NCBI GenBank assembly: GCA_964443725.1
Contig: CAYUDP010000004.1
Coordinates: 1-49,815, forward strand
Length of the DNA: 49,815 nt
Reading direction: 5' to 3'
Source: an uncultured Candidatus Saccharibacteria bacterium
GTDB lineage: Bacteria; Patescibacteriota; Minisyncoccia; Phycocordibacterales; JAKFXT01
In this document: piece by piece, positions 25,611 through 34,604 of the stretch
How positions within the stretch are numbered: the stretch's first letter is position 1
How the letters are laid out: each line of letters opens with the position of its first letter
The notes under the pieces: generated by a model
What the model saw: only the letters and a program-made list of their open reading frames with translations
Database searches by the model: none
What the model was told of the DNA's origin: nothing
Position numbers and translations under genes: made by a program

Positions 25611-25640
25611 CGGCGCGCCCCTGGCGCGCCGATTTGCTTT
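25611..25640 (+). terminator. Rho-independent terminator of cassette 5 genes
   Basis: CGGCGCGCC(25611-25619)-CCT-GGCGCGCCG(25623-25631)-ATTTGCTTTT. Confidence 0.8.
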
Positions 25641-25689
25641 TACATTTGCTTAAATATTTTTTCGTGATACATTTCGCCCTGTTGCACAA

Positions 25690-25982
25690 ACACGTGTGAC
25701 AGTTCTTTTGAAAGGAGATACGTATGGAAAACCATACCTATCCGTCTTTCAGAGAAGACCCAGCGTTTTAGGATGACTGCCTACTCAATTACATCCGTTT
25801 CTTAGCTGAGACCGATCAACTTGAGTTAATGTCCACCAAAAAGCCGTCACTCTCTGATTATGACGGCACACCCGAGGATTAATTCCTCGCACCTTCAAGG
25901 AGTTGCGCTTGAGCCGAATACCATGCTCGCCACTTCCCTTCTTGAAGCAAGCCCCGCGATACGCTGGGCTTTTGTGTTTTTT
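25690..25982 (+). ncRNA. Candidate structured RNA of unknown class (about 290 nt) with an SD-led 15-codon ORF, ending in its own terminator
   Basis: AAAGGAGA plus ATG 25724..TAG 25771 (MENHTYPSFREDPAF). Hairpins: GCCGTCA/TGACGGC (25843-25867), CGAGGA/TCCTCG (25873-25889), CTTCAAG/CTTGAAG (25893-25947). Terminator AAGCCC-11 nt-GGGCTT-TTGTGTTTTTT (25949-25982). No downstream + strand gene, and no convincing protein ORF on either strand. Confidence 0.35.
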
Positions 25983-26502
25983 AGCGACCAATGAAAATCG
26001 CCATTCTTCTCCAATCGGACAAAAATGTCGGTATGTCTACAAACCTACATTCTCCATATTCAACAGTAAGAGACTCTGGTTCATTAAAATAAAATCCTTT
26101 TAATTCACCATTTTCTCCCTTCTCATAACCCACGACAACCACCATGTGAAATTTATTCTCATTCAAAAATCTTTTAACACAAGAAGCAATAACTGGTTCA
26201 TTCTTATCTAAAGATAAGGCAATTTTCTCCAAACCCGAATCTATATCCATACCTTCTTCTCTGTGAGCATCAATTCCACTCCCCCTTGCAACTGATAAGA
26301 AATAATCATGTATCCACCCTGAGTTACTGTATCCACCAGCTTCCTTACCTTTAATACACATTTCACTAATCTCTTCGGTCTCTACACCATGGTAATCTAA
26401 AACCATCTTTAGACAACACATGCCACAAGCCCGAGGTATCCAAAAAGGATCCTTTATGTGCATATATTGAGAGTAAAAGGGTACTTTGATCTTCTTAGTC
26501 AT
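25981..26502 (-). CDS. Papain-fold cysteine peptidase, C39-like (Peptidase_C39_2 type)
   Basis: VPFYSQYMHIKDPFWIPRACGMCCLKMVLDYHG (catalytic Cys context) and FHMVVVVGY (His). The start ATG overlaps the pheT stop (TAATG at 26500-26504). Confidence 0.7.
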   Translation of the reverse strand: MTKKIKVPFYSQYMHIKDPFWIPRACGMCCLKMVLDYHGVETEEISEMCIKGKEAGGYSNSGWIHDYFLSVARGSGIDAHREEGMDIDSGLEKIALSLDKNEPVIASCVKRFLNENKFHMVVVVGYEKGENGELKGFYFNEPESLTVEYGECRFVDIPTFLSDWRRMAIFIGR

Positions 26503-28856
26503 TACCTTATTTCAAAACCACTACTCTTAAGCGATGAACATATGTCATCCATATTCTTATTTACCTCCTCATCAGTCAAAGTTTTCTCTTTTGATTGAAA
26601 AACTAGATGATAGGCCAGAGAAACCTTGCCATCCTTTTCAAATTTATCAAAAAGATCACATCTTATAAGATCCTCTCCTCCATCTTTTCTTATTTGTTTT
26701 TCAACATCAGATTCGTTTACATTTGATAGAGTCCAAAAAGCAATATCTCTCAATATAAATGGAAAAACGGAAATACTTTTATAAACAACAGGGATCGATG
26801 TTAGGCTTACTTCTTTATCACTTTCTCTTAATTGCACTTTGGATATATTCGCACTATAGACACCATCTCCCTCATCGATAAGTTTTATACCCAAGTCTTC
26901 CATCTTACTTATCGCTAAACTCAGCCTTTCCTCGCTCTCTTTCTTTTCACTCTTCCCCTTTCTTGCCGGCAATGACAACAAAGAAAGAGATATGTGCTCA
27001 CTATCTAGGTCAGTAAAGACAGACCCGATTTCAAAGATACTAATAACCCCCATATTCAGAAGCGGAGCGTTATAGGAATTTAATTTATAACTCTTGATTA
27101 GGCCATCTTTGATGTTTTCTCGCATGAAAGACTTGTCATTTGCAATTGGGTTTGCAATCTCAACTTTACCTTTTTCAACCATTGCATAGGTATAAACTTC
27201 CGAAAAACCAATATTCACAAGTTCTCTACGTATAATCTGCGAAATAGAAAAAGTATCATTTTTGGGCACATCTCCAATCTTTTGCGGGACAACACTTTCA
27301 ATATGAGCTAATCCATATAGCCTCCCAACCTCCTCAATAAGATCCTCGGGCAATCTCAAGTCGAGCCGTTCAAAAGGTACCTCAATAATAAATCTCTCTT
27401 CATTATTTTTTAATATACGCCCGTAGCCAACAATATTTTTGAAATAATTACTTTCACTTATTTTTTCTTTCTTTACACCATTGTTTCCTTTTGAAGCATG
27501 CACCACTTCTCCATTACCAATATATATCCCAACATGATCAACTCCTTCCTTCACTTCAACCCCAGGCATAAACTCCTTTGACACATGATGCAATATCCCA
27601 AACTCATGAATACCAGTATTACTAAAGACCAAATCTAATTCTTTCAAGCCTCCTTCTAGGATGGATTCAGAATAGACCATTTGGTCAACTGTCATTCTTG
27701 GTATGGAAATACCAGCCTGTATAAAAGAATAAGAAACAAAAGATGAACAATCAAAAAAATCAGGTGCCTCTACACTTATTGAAGCTCCACTCTTATATGG
27801 TCTACCAATAAGAGCCTTTACTGTATTTTCTATCTGATCTTCTGGATTAACTTTGGCAAATTCAAAACCATAACGATTTAATATTCCCTCCAAATCACTA
27901 TTCTTAAGATTTGTACCCAGCAAACCATTAACTTCGCTTAGTGACACCCCGAGTCTATATGGTTTCTTTTTGGTTTTATATAAATCAACCAGACTATCTA
28001 CCTTGAAAGACTTATCATTGGCACATTCTGAAATAATTTTTATTGCCAAAGATACAGCATACATAGTCCACTCTGGAGAAATACCGTTTTCAAATCGAAC
28101 AGAGGCATCAGTTCTTAGGTTTAGTTTTTTGGAACTCTTCCTTATATTTTCTGGATTAAAATTCGCTGCTTCAAGCAAAATATTTTTTGTGTTTTCATCA
28201 ATACCAGCTTCCATTCCACCCTTTATGCCCGCAATACCTAAAATAGACCCATTATCATTACCATCAGATATAAGTATCATCCCCTCACCAAGAGTCCTCT
28301 CTTCTTTGTCCAGAGTAATAGTTTTTTCCCCATCTTTTGCCTCTCTCACAAGAATAAAGTTAGTGCCATCCTTTTTCTTCAGTTTATCAGCATCAAAAGC
28401 GTGCATCGGCTGACCAAGCTCAAACATCACATAATTTGTAATATCAACTATATTGTTTATAGATCGCCCACCCATACTTTCTATCTTCTCTTTGAGCCAA
28501 GATGGAGACTCCACGACTTTTATATTCTCGATAAGAGCCATAGTAAAACGAGGAACAAGCTTGGATTCCACTTCGACTTTGAGCTTAGGACTTTCGTGCG
28601 GTAATAAATTTTTCTCTATATTATCTTTTTCAATTTTTATATTCAAAATTGAACTTATTTCTTTTGCAATTCCCCTATGAGAGAGACAGTCGTGAGCCCT
28701 ATTTGGTAGCACTTTTACATCAAGAATATAATCTCCCGCCTGTTCAAAAACCTCTTCAATCTCAAAAGCATGCATAGTAAGCGCCTCAGCAACCTTATCT
28801 GCTGAAGGTAATTTGCCACTGAAATATTCATTTAACCATTTATGAGAAACTTTCAT
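26502..28856 (-). CDS. pheT: Phenylalanyl-tRNA synthetase beta subunit carrying an inserted NlpC/P60 domain
   Basis: MKVSHKWLNEYF start. B3_4 domain (NNIVDITNYVMFELGQPMHAFD), B5 start (LSEVNGLLGTNL...LNRYGFEF), then GRPYKSGA...FDCSSFVSYSFIQAGISIPR...DLVF...DHVGIYIGNGEVVHAS (NlpC/P60 Cys-His pattern), then B5 resumes (IIEVPFERLDLRLPEDLIEEVGRLYG). C-terminal FDX-ACB-like end. ATG 28856 is preferred over the TTG at 28871. Confidence 0.9.
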   Translation of the reverse strand: MKVSHKWLNEYFSGKLPSADKVAEALTMHAFEIEEVFEQAGDYILDVKVLPNRAHDCLSHRGIAKEISSILNIKIEKDNIEKNLLPHESPKLKVEVESKLVPRFTMALIENIKVVESPSWLKEKIESMGGRSINNIVDITNYVMFELGQPMHAFDADKLKKKDGTNFILVREAKDGEKTITLDKEERTLGEGMILISDGNDNGSILGIAGIKGGMEAGIDENTKNILLEAANFNPENIRKSSKKLNLRTDASVRFENGISPEWTMYAVSLAIKIISECANDKSFKVDSLVDLYKTKKKPYRLGVSLSEVNGLLGTNLKNSDLEGILNRYGFEFAKVNPEDQIENTVKALIGRPYKSGASISVEAPDFFDCSSFVSYSFIQAGISIPRMTVDQMVYSESILEGGLKELDLVFSNTGIHEFGILHHVSKEFMPGVEVKEGVDHVGIYIGNGEVVHASKGNNGVKKEKISESNYFKNIVGYGRILKNNEERFIIEVPFERLDLRLPEDLIEEVGRLYGLAHIESVVPQKIGDVPKNDTFSISQIIRRELVNIGFSEVYTYAMVEKGKVEIANPIANDKSFMRENIKDGLIKSYKLNSYNAPLLNMGVISIFEIGSVFTDLDSEHISLSLLSLPARKGKSEKKESEERLSLAISKMEDLGIKLIDEGDGVYSANISKVQLRESDKEVSLTSIPVVYKSISVFPFILRDIAFWTLSNVNESDVEKQIRKDGGEDLIRCDLFDKFEKDGKVSLAYHLVFQSKEKTLTDEEVNKNMDDICSSLKSSGFEIR

Positions 28857-28857
28857 A

Positions 28858-29598
28858 TTAAAATTGATCAACTAGCCTTAAATCCCCTTCGTATAAAAGT
28901 CTAACATCATCTATCCCATACTTGAGCATAGCGAGCCTATCTAATCCAGCTCCAAAAGCAAAACCAGAATATTTTTTTGGATGAATTTTTACAGCTTCAA
29001 GTACTTTCGGATGGACCATACCCGCCCCCATGATCTCGATATAACCAGTACCCTTACATACATTGCATCCACCACCAGAACATTTGAAACAAGTCATATC
29101 AACTTCAACCCCAGGTTCAACAAAAGGAAAATAGCTCGGCCTCAAACGAACACTGGTCTTTGCTCCAAAAAACTTTGTAAAAAACTCCTCCAGTGTTCCT
29201 TTCAAATGTCCCATAGAAACATTCTCACCCACCATCAATCCCTCGAGTTGGTAAAACTGAGCTTCATGAGTCGCATCTGTTGCTTCATGTCTATAAACTT
29301 TACCAGGGGCTATTATTCTTATTGGTGGTTCATGAGTCTCCATATATCTTATCTGCACCGGAGAAGTGTGTGTCCTAAGAAGTTTTTTACCTGAAAGAGG
29401 GTTTAACCAAAATGTATCCCACATATCTCTTGCTGGGTGGAAACTTGGAACGTTCAAAGCATCGAAATTATAAAATTCACTCTCTATTTCAGGACCCTGA
29501 GCAACAGCGAAACCCATCTCTCTAAAAATAGAATTTATATCAGAGAGTATAATACTTAGAGGATGAAGATGCCCCTTGTTTCCTGTTATTTTTTCCAT
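28858..29598 (-). CDS. pheS: Phenylalanyl-tRNA synthetase alpha subunit (catalytic core only, 246 aa)
   Basis: HPLSIILSDINSIFREMGF, FDALNVPSFHPARDMWDTFW, LRTHTSPVQIR, FPFVEPGVEVD, GFAFGAGLDRLAML. Confidence 0.95.
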   Translation of the reverse strand: MEKITGNKGHLHPLSIILSDINSIFREMGFAVAQGPEIESEFYNFDALNVPSFHPARDMWDTFWLNPLSGKKLLRTHTSPVQIRYMETHEPPIRIIAPGKVYRHEATDATHEAQFYQLEGLMVGENVSMGHLKGTLEEFFTKFFGAKTSVRLRPSYFPFVEPGVEVDMTCFKCSGGGCNVCKGTGYIEIMGAGMVHPKVLEAVKIHPKKYSGFAFGAGLDRLAMLKYGIDDVRLLYEGDLRLVDQF

Positions 29599-29679
29599 AT
29601 TTATCGATTATAGCCAAATACTTGACTTACGCCAATACGTCATTGAAGCACTACGTTTTTCGTGTTAAATTAATCCCAT

Positions 29680-30927
29680 ATGTTGGCAGAAATGACCAGT
29701 ATGAGTTTTATCACCTACCCGCTTTTGTTTGTAGCCCTCTATTTTGAGGTTTTTCTGCTTTTGACCTTCATAGAAAATGTAAAAGAGGTCACAAATCCTA
29801 AACACAATGAAGACCCCCTTATCTATCCATCGGTCACCATAATGGTCCCTGTTTGGAACGAAGAAAAAACTGTACTTGGAACAATAGAATCATTACTTTC
29901 TCTAGATTATCCTAAGGAAAAGCTAAAAATATTTGTTATTGATGATGGGAGCAAAGACAACACTTGGAATGTAATACAAAAATACAAAGACCACGAAACC
30001 GTCTCTTTGTATCAAAAAGAAAACGGGGGTAAATTCACAGCTTTAAACTTGGGACTAAAAAACACCGATAGTGATCTTGTGGGATGCCTTGATGCTGATG
30101 CTTTTGTGGATAGCCAAGCCCTAAAGAGGATAGTAAAGAGATTTGAAAATAAAGAAATTATGGCCGTCACTCCATCGATAAAAATTCTCGACCCCAAAAA
30201 CCCGATAGAGTTGCTACAGAGAGCCGAATTCCATATTAGCGCCTTCATACGCTTCGTCTTCTCAGCTTTAAATAGTCAATATATCACCCCCGGACCATTT
30301 TCAATATTTAGAAAATCTGTTTTTGAAAAGATAGGCGGATATAAACACGCCCACAATACTGAGGATATGGAGATAGCCCTCAGAATGCAGAAGAATGGCA
30401 TGCGCATAGACAACGCCCACAATGCATATGTCTATACCTATGCCCAACCAACAGTTAAAAGGCTCTACAAACAGAGATTGAGATGGATACATGGGGGTAT
30501 GGAAAACCTTCTTGATTACAAAGAAATGGTATTTACAACTAAGTATGGGACGCTTTCAACTTTCATATTGCCAATAGTTTCAATAACCATTTTCGCCACA
30601 ATGTATTTCATATTCTTTATGGTAAAAGAGATAATAACCTTCTTGTACAATAAAGTTATTCTTGTAGAAACCATCGGATGGTCATCACTCATCCCTCACA
30701 AAATAGACTGGTTCTTTATGCAAACTGGAATGCTTGCAATTCTAAGCATATTCTTCGTATCTATGGTTGTGACTACAATGCTATCGGGAAGGCATATTGC
30801 AAACGATAAAGTCAAGATATCAAAAGACATGATTTTCTATATTCTTCTATATAGCCTCATATCACCATTTTGGTTTATAAAAGCGGCTTACAATACCCTA
30901 TTCTCCAAGAGAACATCTTGGAGATAA
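29680..30927 (+). CDS. Processive family-2 glycosyltransferase (membrane-embedded polysaccharide synthase type)
   Basis: N-terminal TM, VIDDGSKDNT, CLDADA, TEDMEIALRM, QRLRW (Q-x-x-RW processivity motif), then four or more C-terminal TM helices. Confidence 0.85.
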   Translation: MLAEMTSMSFITYPLLFVALYFEVFLLLTFIENVKEVTNPKHNEDPLIYPSVTIMVPVWNEEKTVLGTIESLLSLDYPKEKLKIFVIDDGSKDNTWNVIQKYKDHETVSLYQKENGGKFTALNLGLKNTDSDLVGCLDADAFVDSQALKRIVKRFENKEIMAVTPSIKILDPKNPIELLQRAEFHISAFIRFVFSALNSQYITPGPFSIFRKSVFEKIGGYKHAHNTEDMEIALRMQKNGMRIDNAHNAYVYTYAQPTVKRLYKQRLRWIHGGMENLLDYKEMVFTTKYGTLSTFILPIVSITIFATMYFIFFMVKEIITFLYNKVILVETIGWSSLIPHKIDWFFMQTGMLAILSIFFVSMVVTTMLSGRHIANDKVKISKDMIFYILLYSLISPFWFIKAAYNTLFSKRTSWR

Positions 30928-30937
30928 CAATAACTAT

Positions 30938-31636
30938 ATGTCATACAAAAAATACATAATCGTTTTTATTATAACTGGCGCAATATTTGGCACCGCATTT
31001 TATGTTAGTAATTCTTTAAATCAAAAACGTCTCGATCAAGTAAGAGATATAGAAGATAAAGTATCGGTGGATATATTATCTTCCGAAACACAGTTTAACC
31101 TCCTTGCAGAATCATCATGTGAAAATATAAGCGAGGGGAATACCCTATCAAGTGAAATGAATGATTTGGGAGCAAAACTTGACTACACAGAAAAACAACT
31201 TGGATCAAAGAATGAGGCTGTAATAAATCTAAAAAGATACTACTCCCTACTTGAAATAAAAGACTACCTGTTAAGCAAGAAAATTGGAGAAAAGTGTAAT
31301 GTAAAACCATTAACAATTCTCTATTTTTACCCAAGTGGCCAAGAGTGTAAAAATTGCGAGAAAGCGAGTATCACCCTAACTTACTTCAGAGAAAACTACC
31401 CAACGCTTAGAGTATATTCCTTTGACTATGATCTGCCTTTAACCGCAATTAAAACACTAATATCAATCCATAAAGTAGAAAACGACTTCCCCGCTATCGT
31501 CTTCGGCAATAAGACTTTTTATGGGCTTACGGACATAGAAAGTTTTGAGAAAGTTATACCAGAAATCAAGAAATTAAAAGAGGATAAAATCAAGGCGGAG
31601 CAAGCTTCAAGTACTGCAACAAGTACAAAGAAATAA
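30938..31636 (+). CDS. Membrane-anchored thioredoxin-fold-like protein (CxxC)
   Basis: N-terminal anchor YIIVFIITGAIFGTAFYV. ILYFYPSGQECKNCEKA (CKNC) followed by a beta-alpha pattern ending FPAIVFGNKTFYG. Placed 10 nt after the GT2 gene. Confidence 0.55.
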   Translation: MSYKKYIIVFIITGAIFGTAFYVSNSLNQKRLDQVRDIEDKVSVDILSSETQFNLLAESSCENISEGNTLSSEMNDLGAKLDYTEKQLGSKNEAVINLKRYYSLLEIKDYLLSKKIGEKCNVKPLTILYFYPSGQECKNCEKASITLTYFRENYPTLRVYSFDYDLPLTAIKTLISIHKVENDFPAIVFGNKTFYGLTDIESFEKVIPEIKKLKEDKIKAEQASSTATSTKK

Positions 31637-31645
31637 CAAAAAAAT

Positions 31646-31680
31646 AAAACCTCCAGAAAATCTGGAGGTTTTATTTTTTT
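31646..31680. terminator. Bidirectional terminator between convergent genes
   Basis: AAAACCTCCAGA-AAA-TCTGGAGGTTTT followed by ATTTTTTTT, with an A-run upstream. Confidence 0.85.
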
Positions 31681-31688
31681 TGTGTTAT

Positions 31689-33968
31689 TTAATAACCGTA
31701 CCAACTACTAGTATCGATTGTTGGAGTAACGGGAGTCGGAGCAACAACATTTATGTTATAAGCAGTAGTGCCACCTTCAGTCCCTGGCACCTCTACAAGT
31801 ATCTGGTACGCCCCGTACCCATACTTTGCAGCGATCCTGGAATCAAAATTGAATGTCGCTTGAGTAAAATCGGAAGAAACTGTTGATGCAAATAGATATA
31901 GGGTCGAGGCTCCTATAACTACTGGGTTACCCCCCTTAAGTACAGTCATCTGTGTCTTCAAAGTTTTATCCGTTCTCGAACCCATGAATTTTCCGACAAC
32001 AACAAAGTTCCCTCCGCTTTCAACTGGGCTTGGACTTACAGATGATACTATTGGAGCCGAATAAACGGTTGATTTGACTATAGCTGATTTACTTGCAGTT
32101 GTTGGAGTGCCACCTGATAAAGTATTGGTACACTCAACTATGTATTCTGTATCCCTTATTGGAGAAACCATTTTATAGCCACTCACAGGTAAATTCTTTT
32201 CAACAGTTGAACCGTATTTTAGAGTACAACTTGTAGCATCAGTCGCAGTCCAAGAAACTTTTGAAGATTGTGAGGGAAGGTTTATTGTTGTTGGGGAAGC
32301 TGTAAGAGATATTGTGGGAGTTTTTGCTGAAACAGGATTTATAGTCAAATCTGCCGAGGTCAGTAATTTTCTTGAATCACTAGCTGATGAATCATAAACA
32401 AAAACCTTATATGACCCAGGGGCAACACTATCATAAACCGCTGTCCAGTTTCCAGCCGTAACTGATGATGGATTAAGCCCGGTATAAGCTACGTATGACT
32501 TGTTCGCATAAATCGTTGACCAATCTGTCGTTCCGGAATATGAAGAATTTACAATCGCAGTGAAAACATAGTTAGTGTTTTTTGCAGTCCCGCTTATCGT
32601 AAATTTAGGGCCACTTATACTTTTGAGAGAACTTGGTGAATCAGTGATTGAAGCAGACGGAAGGCCGGGCGACGTCACATGAACAACCGCGGAACAATTC
32701 CCAGTTCCACCTGCTCCGGAGACAGCCATATTGTAAGTGATATCATAGTCGCTATATTTATTGTCAAAATTTGTTTTTTGACTGCCAGTCAATGCGACTG
32801 GTCCAAATCCTTTGTCGATACTAGCGCTTGTGGCATCTTTTGATTTCCAATAGATAACTGCTGAATCAAGAGCAGAGACAGTACTTGGATCAACAGTTAT
32901 ATTACAAACTGGGGCAATAGCCGTATATTCGGATGGAGCAACAGTCAAAACTCCCTCATAGAGGACAGACCCTCCTGTATTATTGGCACGTACAAGCACT
33001 TTATAAGACCCTGCTGGAGCACCCTCATAAAGGGTATCCCACTTGCCATTTACAGGGGTAATATTTCTTATTGCACTACCTCCAGTCGGATAGACAAGCT
33101 CAAGACTAAATGAGTCTATATTTGAAGCTGTTCCAGAGATAGTGAATTGCCTATAAGCAGTAGCCTTAAGGGTGCTAGTTATATTTACAGACATCGGCAA
33201 AAGAGAAGAAGAATTAACTGAAGTAGTATCTTTTATCAAGAAAGATGTCGTCCTTGCAACTTCGTTTCCCCCATTACCCATCTCAAATGCTCGGATATAA
33301 TAATATCCATTTGGAGGCATAGGATTTGTTTTTGAAAAATATATTTTTGTCGTACCACTTCCAGTGTTTGGCAACGTTTGGTTGTAAACGTGAGCTCCTG
33401 TAGAAGAGTCGATAATATCAATCTCAGATTGAGGTAGGTTGTCATAGGCTATGGTTATAATTGGTAGATTAATACTCACAACCTTGATACTTCTCGATAA
33501 TACTGGGGCCACAACTGTAGTCTCAGATGGATTTATAGGAGTAGTTGGAATAGTAGTCGGTAAAGTCGGCGATATCGAGATTGGTTGTGTTTGATTTACC
33601 TGATTACTTTGAGTACCATTACTACACTCTTTAGCAATAACACCTCTAGTCAAAGTTCCCGCTATCCCATATACAGGGAGACTTTTCTCTTTTTGAAACT
33701 TCATCAAATAATTCTGCGTATTCCTGCCAAAAAATCCTGTAACAATTTCTGATGTGTCAACGTCAAAATAATCGGCTAGAAATTTTTGCAACTCGCTTAC
33801 CTGCCCTGAAGTATTTGCATCCCTCATACCCCTATATAGGGTCATATTCAAATTGGGACAATAGGAACCTGATGTTGCACTCGTACCATAGTCATCGGCC
33901 ATCTGTGCAAAAACTGGAGTAGCAACAAAAAAGATTACTAACCCCAAAATTGTCTTTTTAGATAACAT
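31689..33968 (-). CDS. Secreted protein with N-terminal peptidoglycan-binding domain and multiple Ig-like beta domains
   Basis: Signal peptide MLSKKTILGLVIFFVATPVFAQ. PG_binding_1-like GQVSELQKFLADYF...GFFGRNTQNYLMKFQKEKSLPVYGIAGTLT. Repeated ...FTISGTA...GSYKV... modules. Confidence 0.75.
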   Translation of the reverse strand: MLSKKTILGLVIFFVATPVFAQMADDYGTSATSGSYCPNLNMTLYRGMRDANTSGQVSELQKFLADYFDVDTSEIVTGFFGRNTQNYLMKFQKEKSLPVYGIAGTLTRGVIAKECSNGTQSNQVNQTQPISISPTLPTTIPTTPINPSETTVVAPVLSRSIKVVSINLPIITIAYDNLPQSEIDIIDSSTGAHVYNQTLPNTGSGTTKIYFSKTNPMPPNGYYYIRAFEMGNGGNEVARTTSFLIKDTTSVNSSSLLPMSVNITSTLKATAYRQFTISGTASNIDSFSLELVYPTGGSAIRNITPVNGKWDTLYEGAPAGSYKVLVRANNTGGSVLYEGVLTVAPSEYTAIAPVCNITVDPSTVSALDSAVIYWKSKDATSASIDKGFGPVALTGSQKTNFDNKYSDYDITYNMAVSGAGGTGNCSAVVHVTSPGLPSASITDSPSSLKSISGPKFTISGTAKNTNYVFTAIVNSSYSGTTDWSTIYANKSYVAYTGLNPSSVTAGNWTAVYDSVAPGSYKVFVYDSSASDSRKLLTSADLTINPVSAKTPTISLTASPTTINLPSQSSKVSWTATDATSCTLKYGSTVEKNLPVSGYKMVSPIRDTEYIVECTNTLSGGTPTTASKSAIVKSTVYSAPIVSSVSPSPVESGGNFVVVGKFMGSRTDKTLKTQMTVLKGGNPVVIGASTLYLFASTVSSDFTQATFNFDSRIAAKYGYGAYQILVEVPGTEGGTTAYNINVVAPTPVTPTIDTSSWYGY

Positions 33969-34050
33969 AAAAAATACTTATTTTTAATATAAGCTATATG
34001 TTACCACTGCAATCAGAATAATAAAATCCCATTTGTGGACAGAATAATTT

Positions 34051-34126
34051 TGGAGCCACCTCTCGGGCTTGAACCGAGGACCTACGGTTTACAAAACCGT
34101 TGCTCTACCAACTGAGCTAAGGTGGC
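34051..34126 (-). tRNA. tRNA-Thr (anticodon UGU), CCA encoded
   Basis: The reverse complement GCCACCTTAGCTCAGTTGGTAGAGCAACGGTTTTGTAAACCGTAGGTCCTCGGTTCAAGCCCGAGAGGTGGCTCCA folds by hand into a cloverleaf: acceptor GCCACCT/AGGTGGC, D stem GCTC/GAGC, anticodon stem ACGGT/ACCGT with loop TTTGTAA, T stem CTCGG/CCGAG with TTCAAGC loop. Confidence 0.95.
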
Positions 34127-34139
34127 AAGTTTTAGTATT

Positions 34140-34595
34140 CTATTGGTTTTGTTGATTTTCTGCAACTTCCTCAACCCCATTCTCATTCAACTGGGAATCA
34201 ATAATATCTTGTTTCTTTTCCTCCTCTACTTTTATAATTTCTTCCTTATATTCAGCAACGTCCTTCAAAAAACTCGACACGGCCGAAGTTGTACCCTTTG
34301 GAGCGATCTTCCCCTGTATCATCTGAAAAATCTTTGTGGATTTCAATTTACCCGCACCCAATATAACCCACGCTTGGAATTTAGCCGTCAAAAATACAAG
34401 AAGTAGCCTGAAAGTATCTTTATTTAGATACTTGTAATAGTTTTTTATGGATCTAGTCCTGTGGTGTAAAAAAATATCAAGCTTATACCTTAGGACAGAG
34501 AAAGACTTGCCCCCAACTTTCATCTCCCTTATTTTCAAAGAAAAAAGCACAAACAGCCCGCACAGAGACGCGAAAAAAACATAAACCGCACTCAT
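34140..34595 (-). CDS. Hypothetical membrane protein (151 aa)
   Basis: N-terminal TM (VYVFFASLCGLFVLFSL), a second hydrophobic segment, an acidic C-terminus. Host-type AT-rich codons. Confidence 0.55.
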   Translation of the reverse strand: MSAVYVFFASLCGLFVLFSLKIREMKVGGKSFSVLRYKLDIFLHHRTRSIKNYYKYLNKDTFRLLLVFLTAKFQAWVILGAGKLKSTKIFQMIQGKIAPKGTTSAVSSFLKDVAEYKEEIIKVEEEKKQDIIDSQLNENGVEEVAENQQNQ

Positions 34596-34604
34596 ACCCT
34601 TATA

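Noticed and set aside
25829-25843. TCCACCA string (25831-25837), suggesting a tRNA/tmRNA 3' end
   Set aside because: No T-arm (GGTTCGAATCC-like) or acceptor stem can be paired upstream, and there is no tmRNA-like tag reading frame (…ALAA stop). I also checked 1020-1366 and 37310-37600 by eye for tmRNA, RNase P and SRP motifs, without success.
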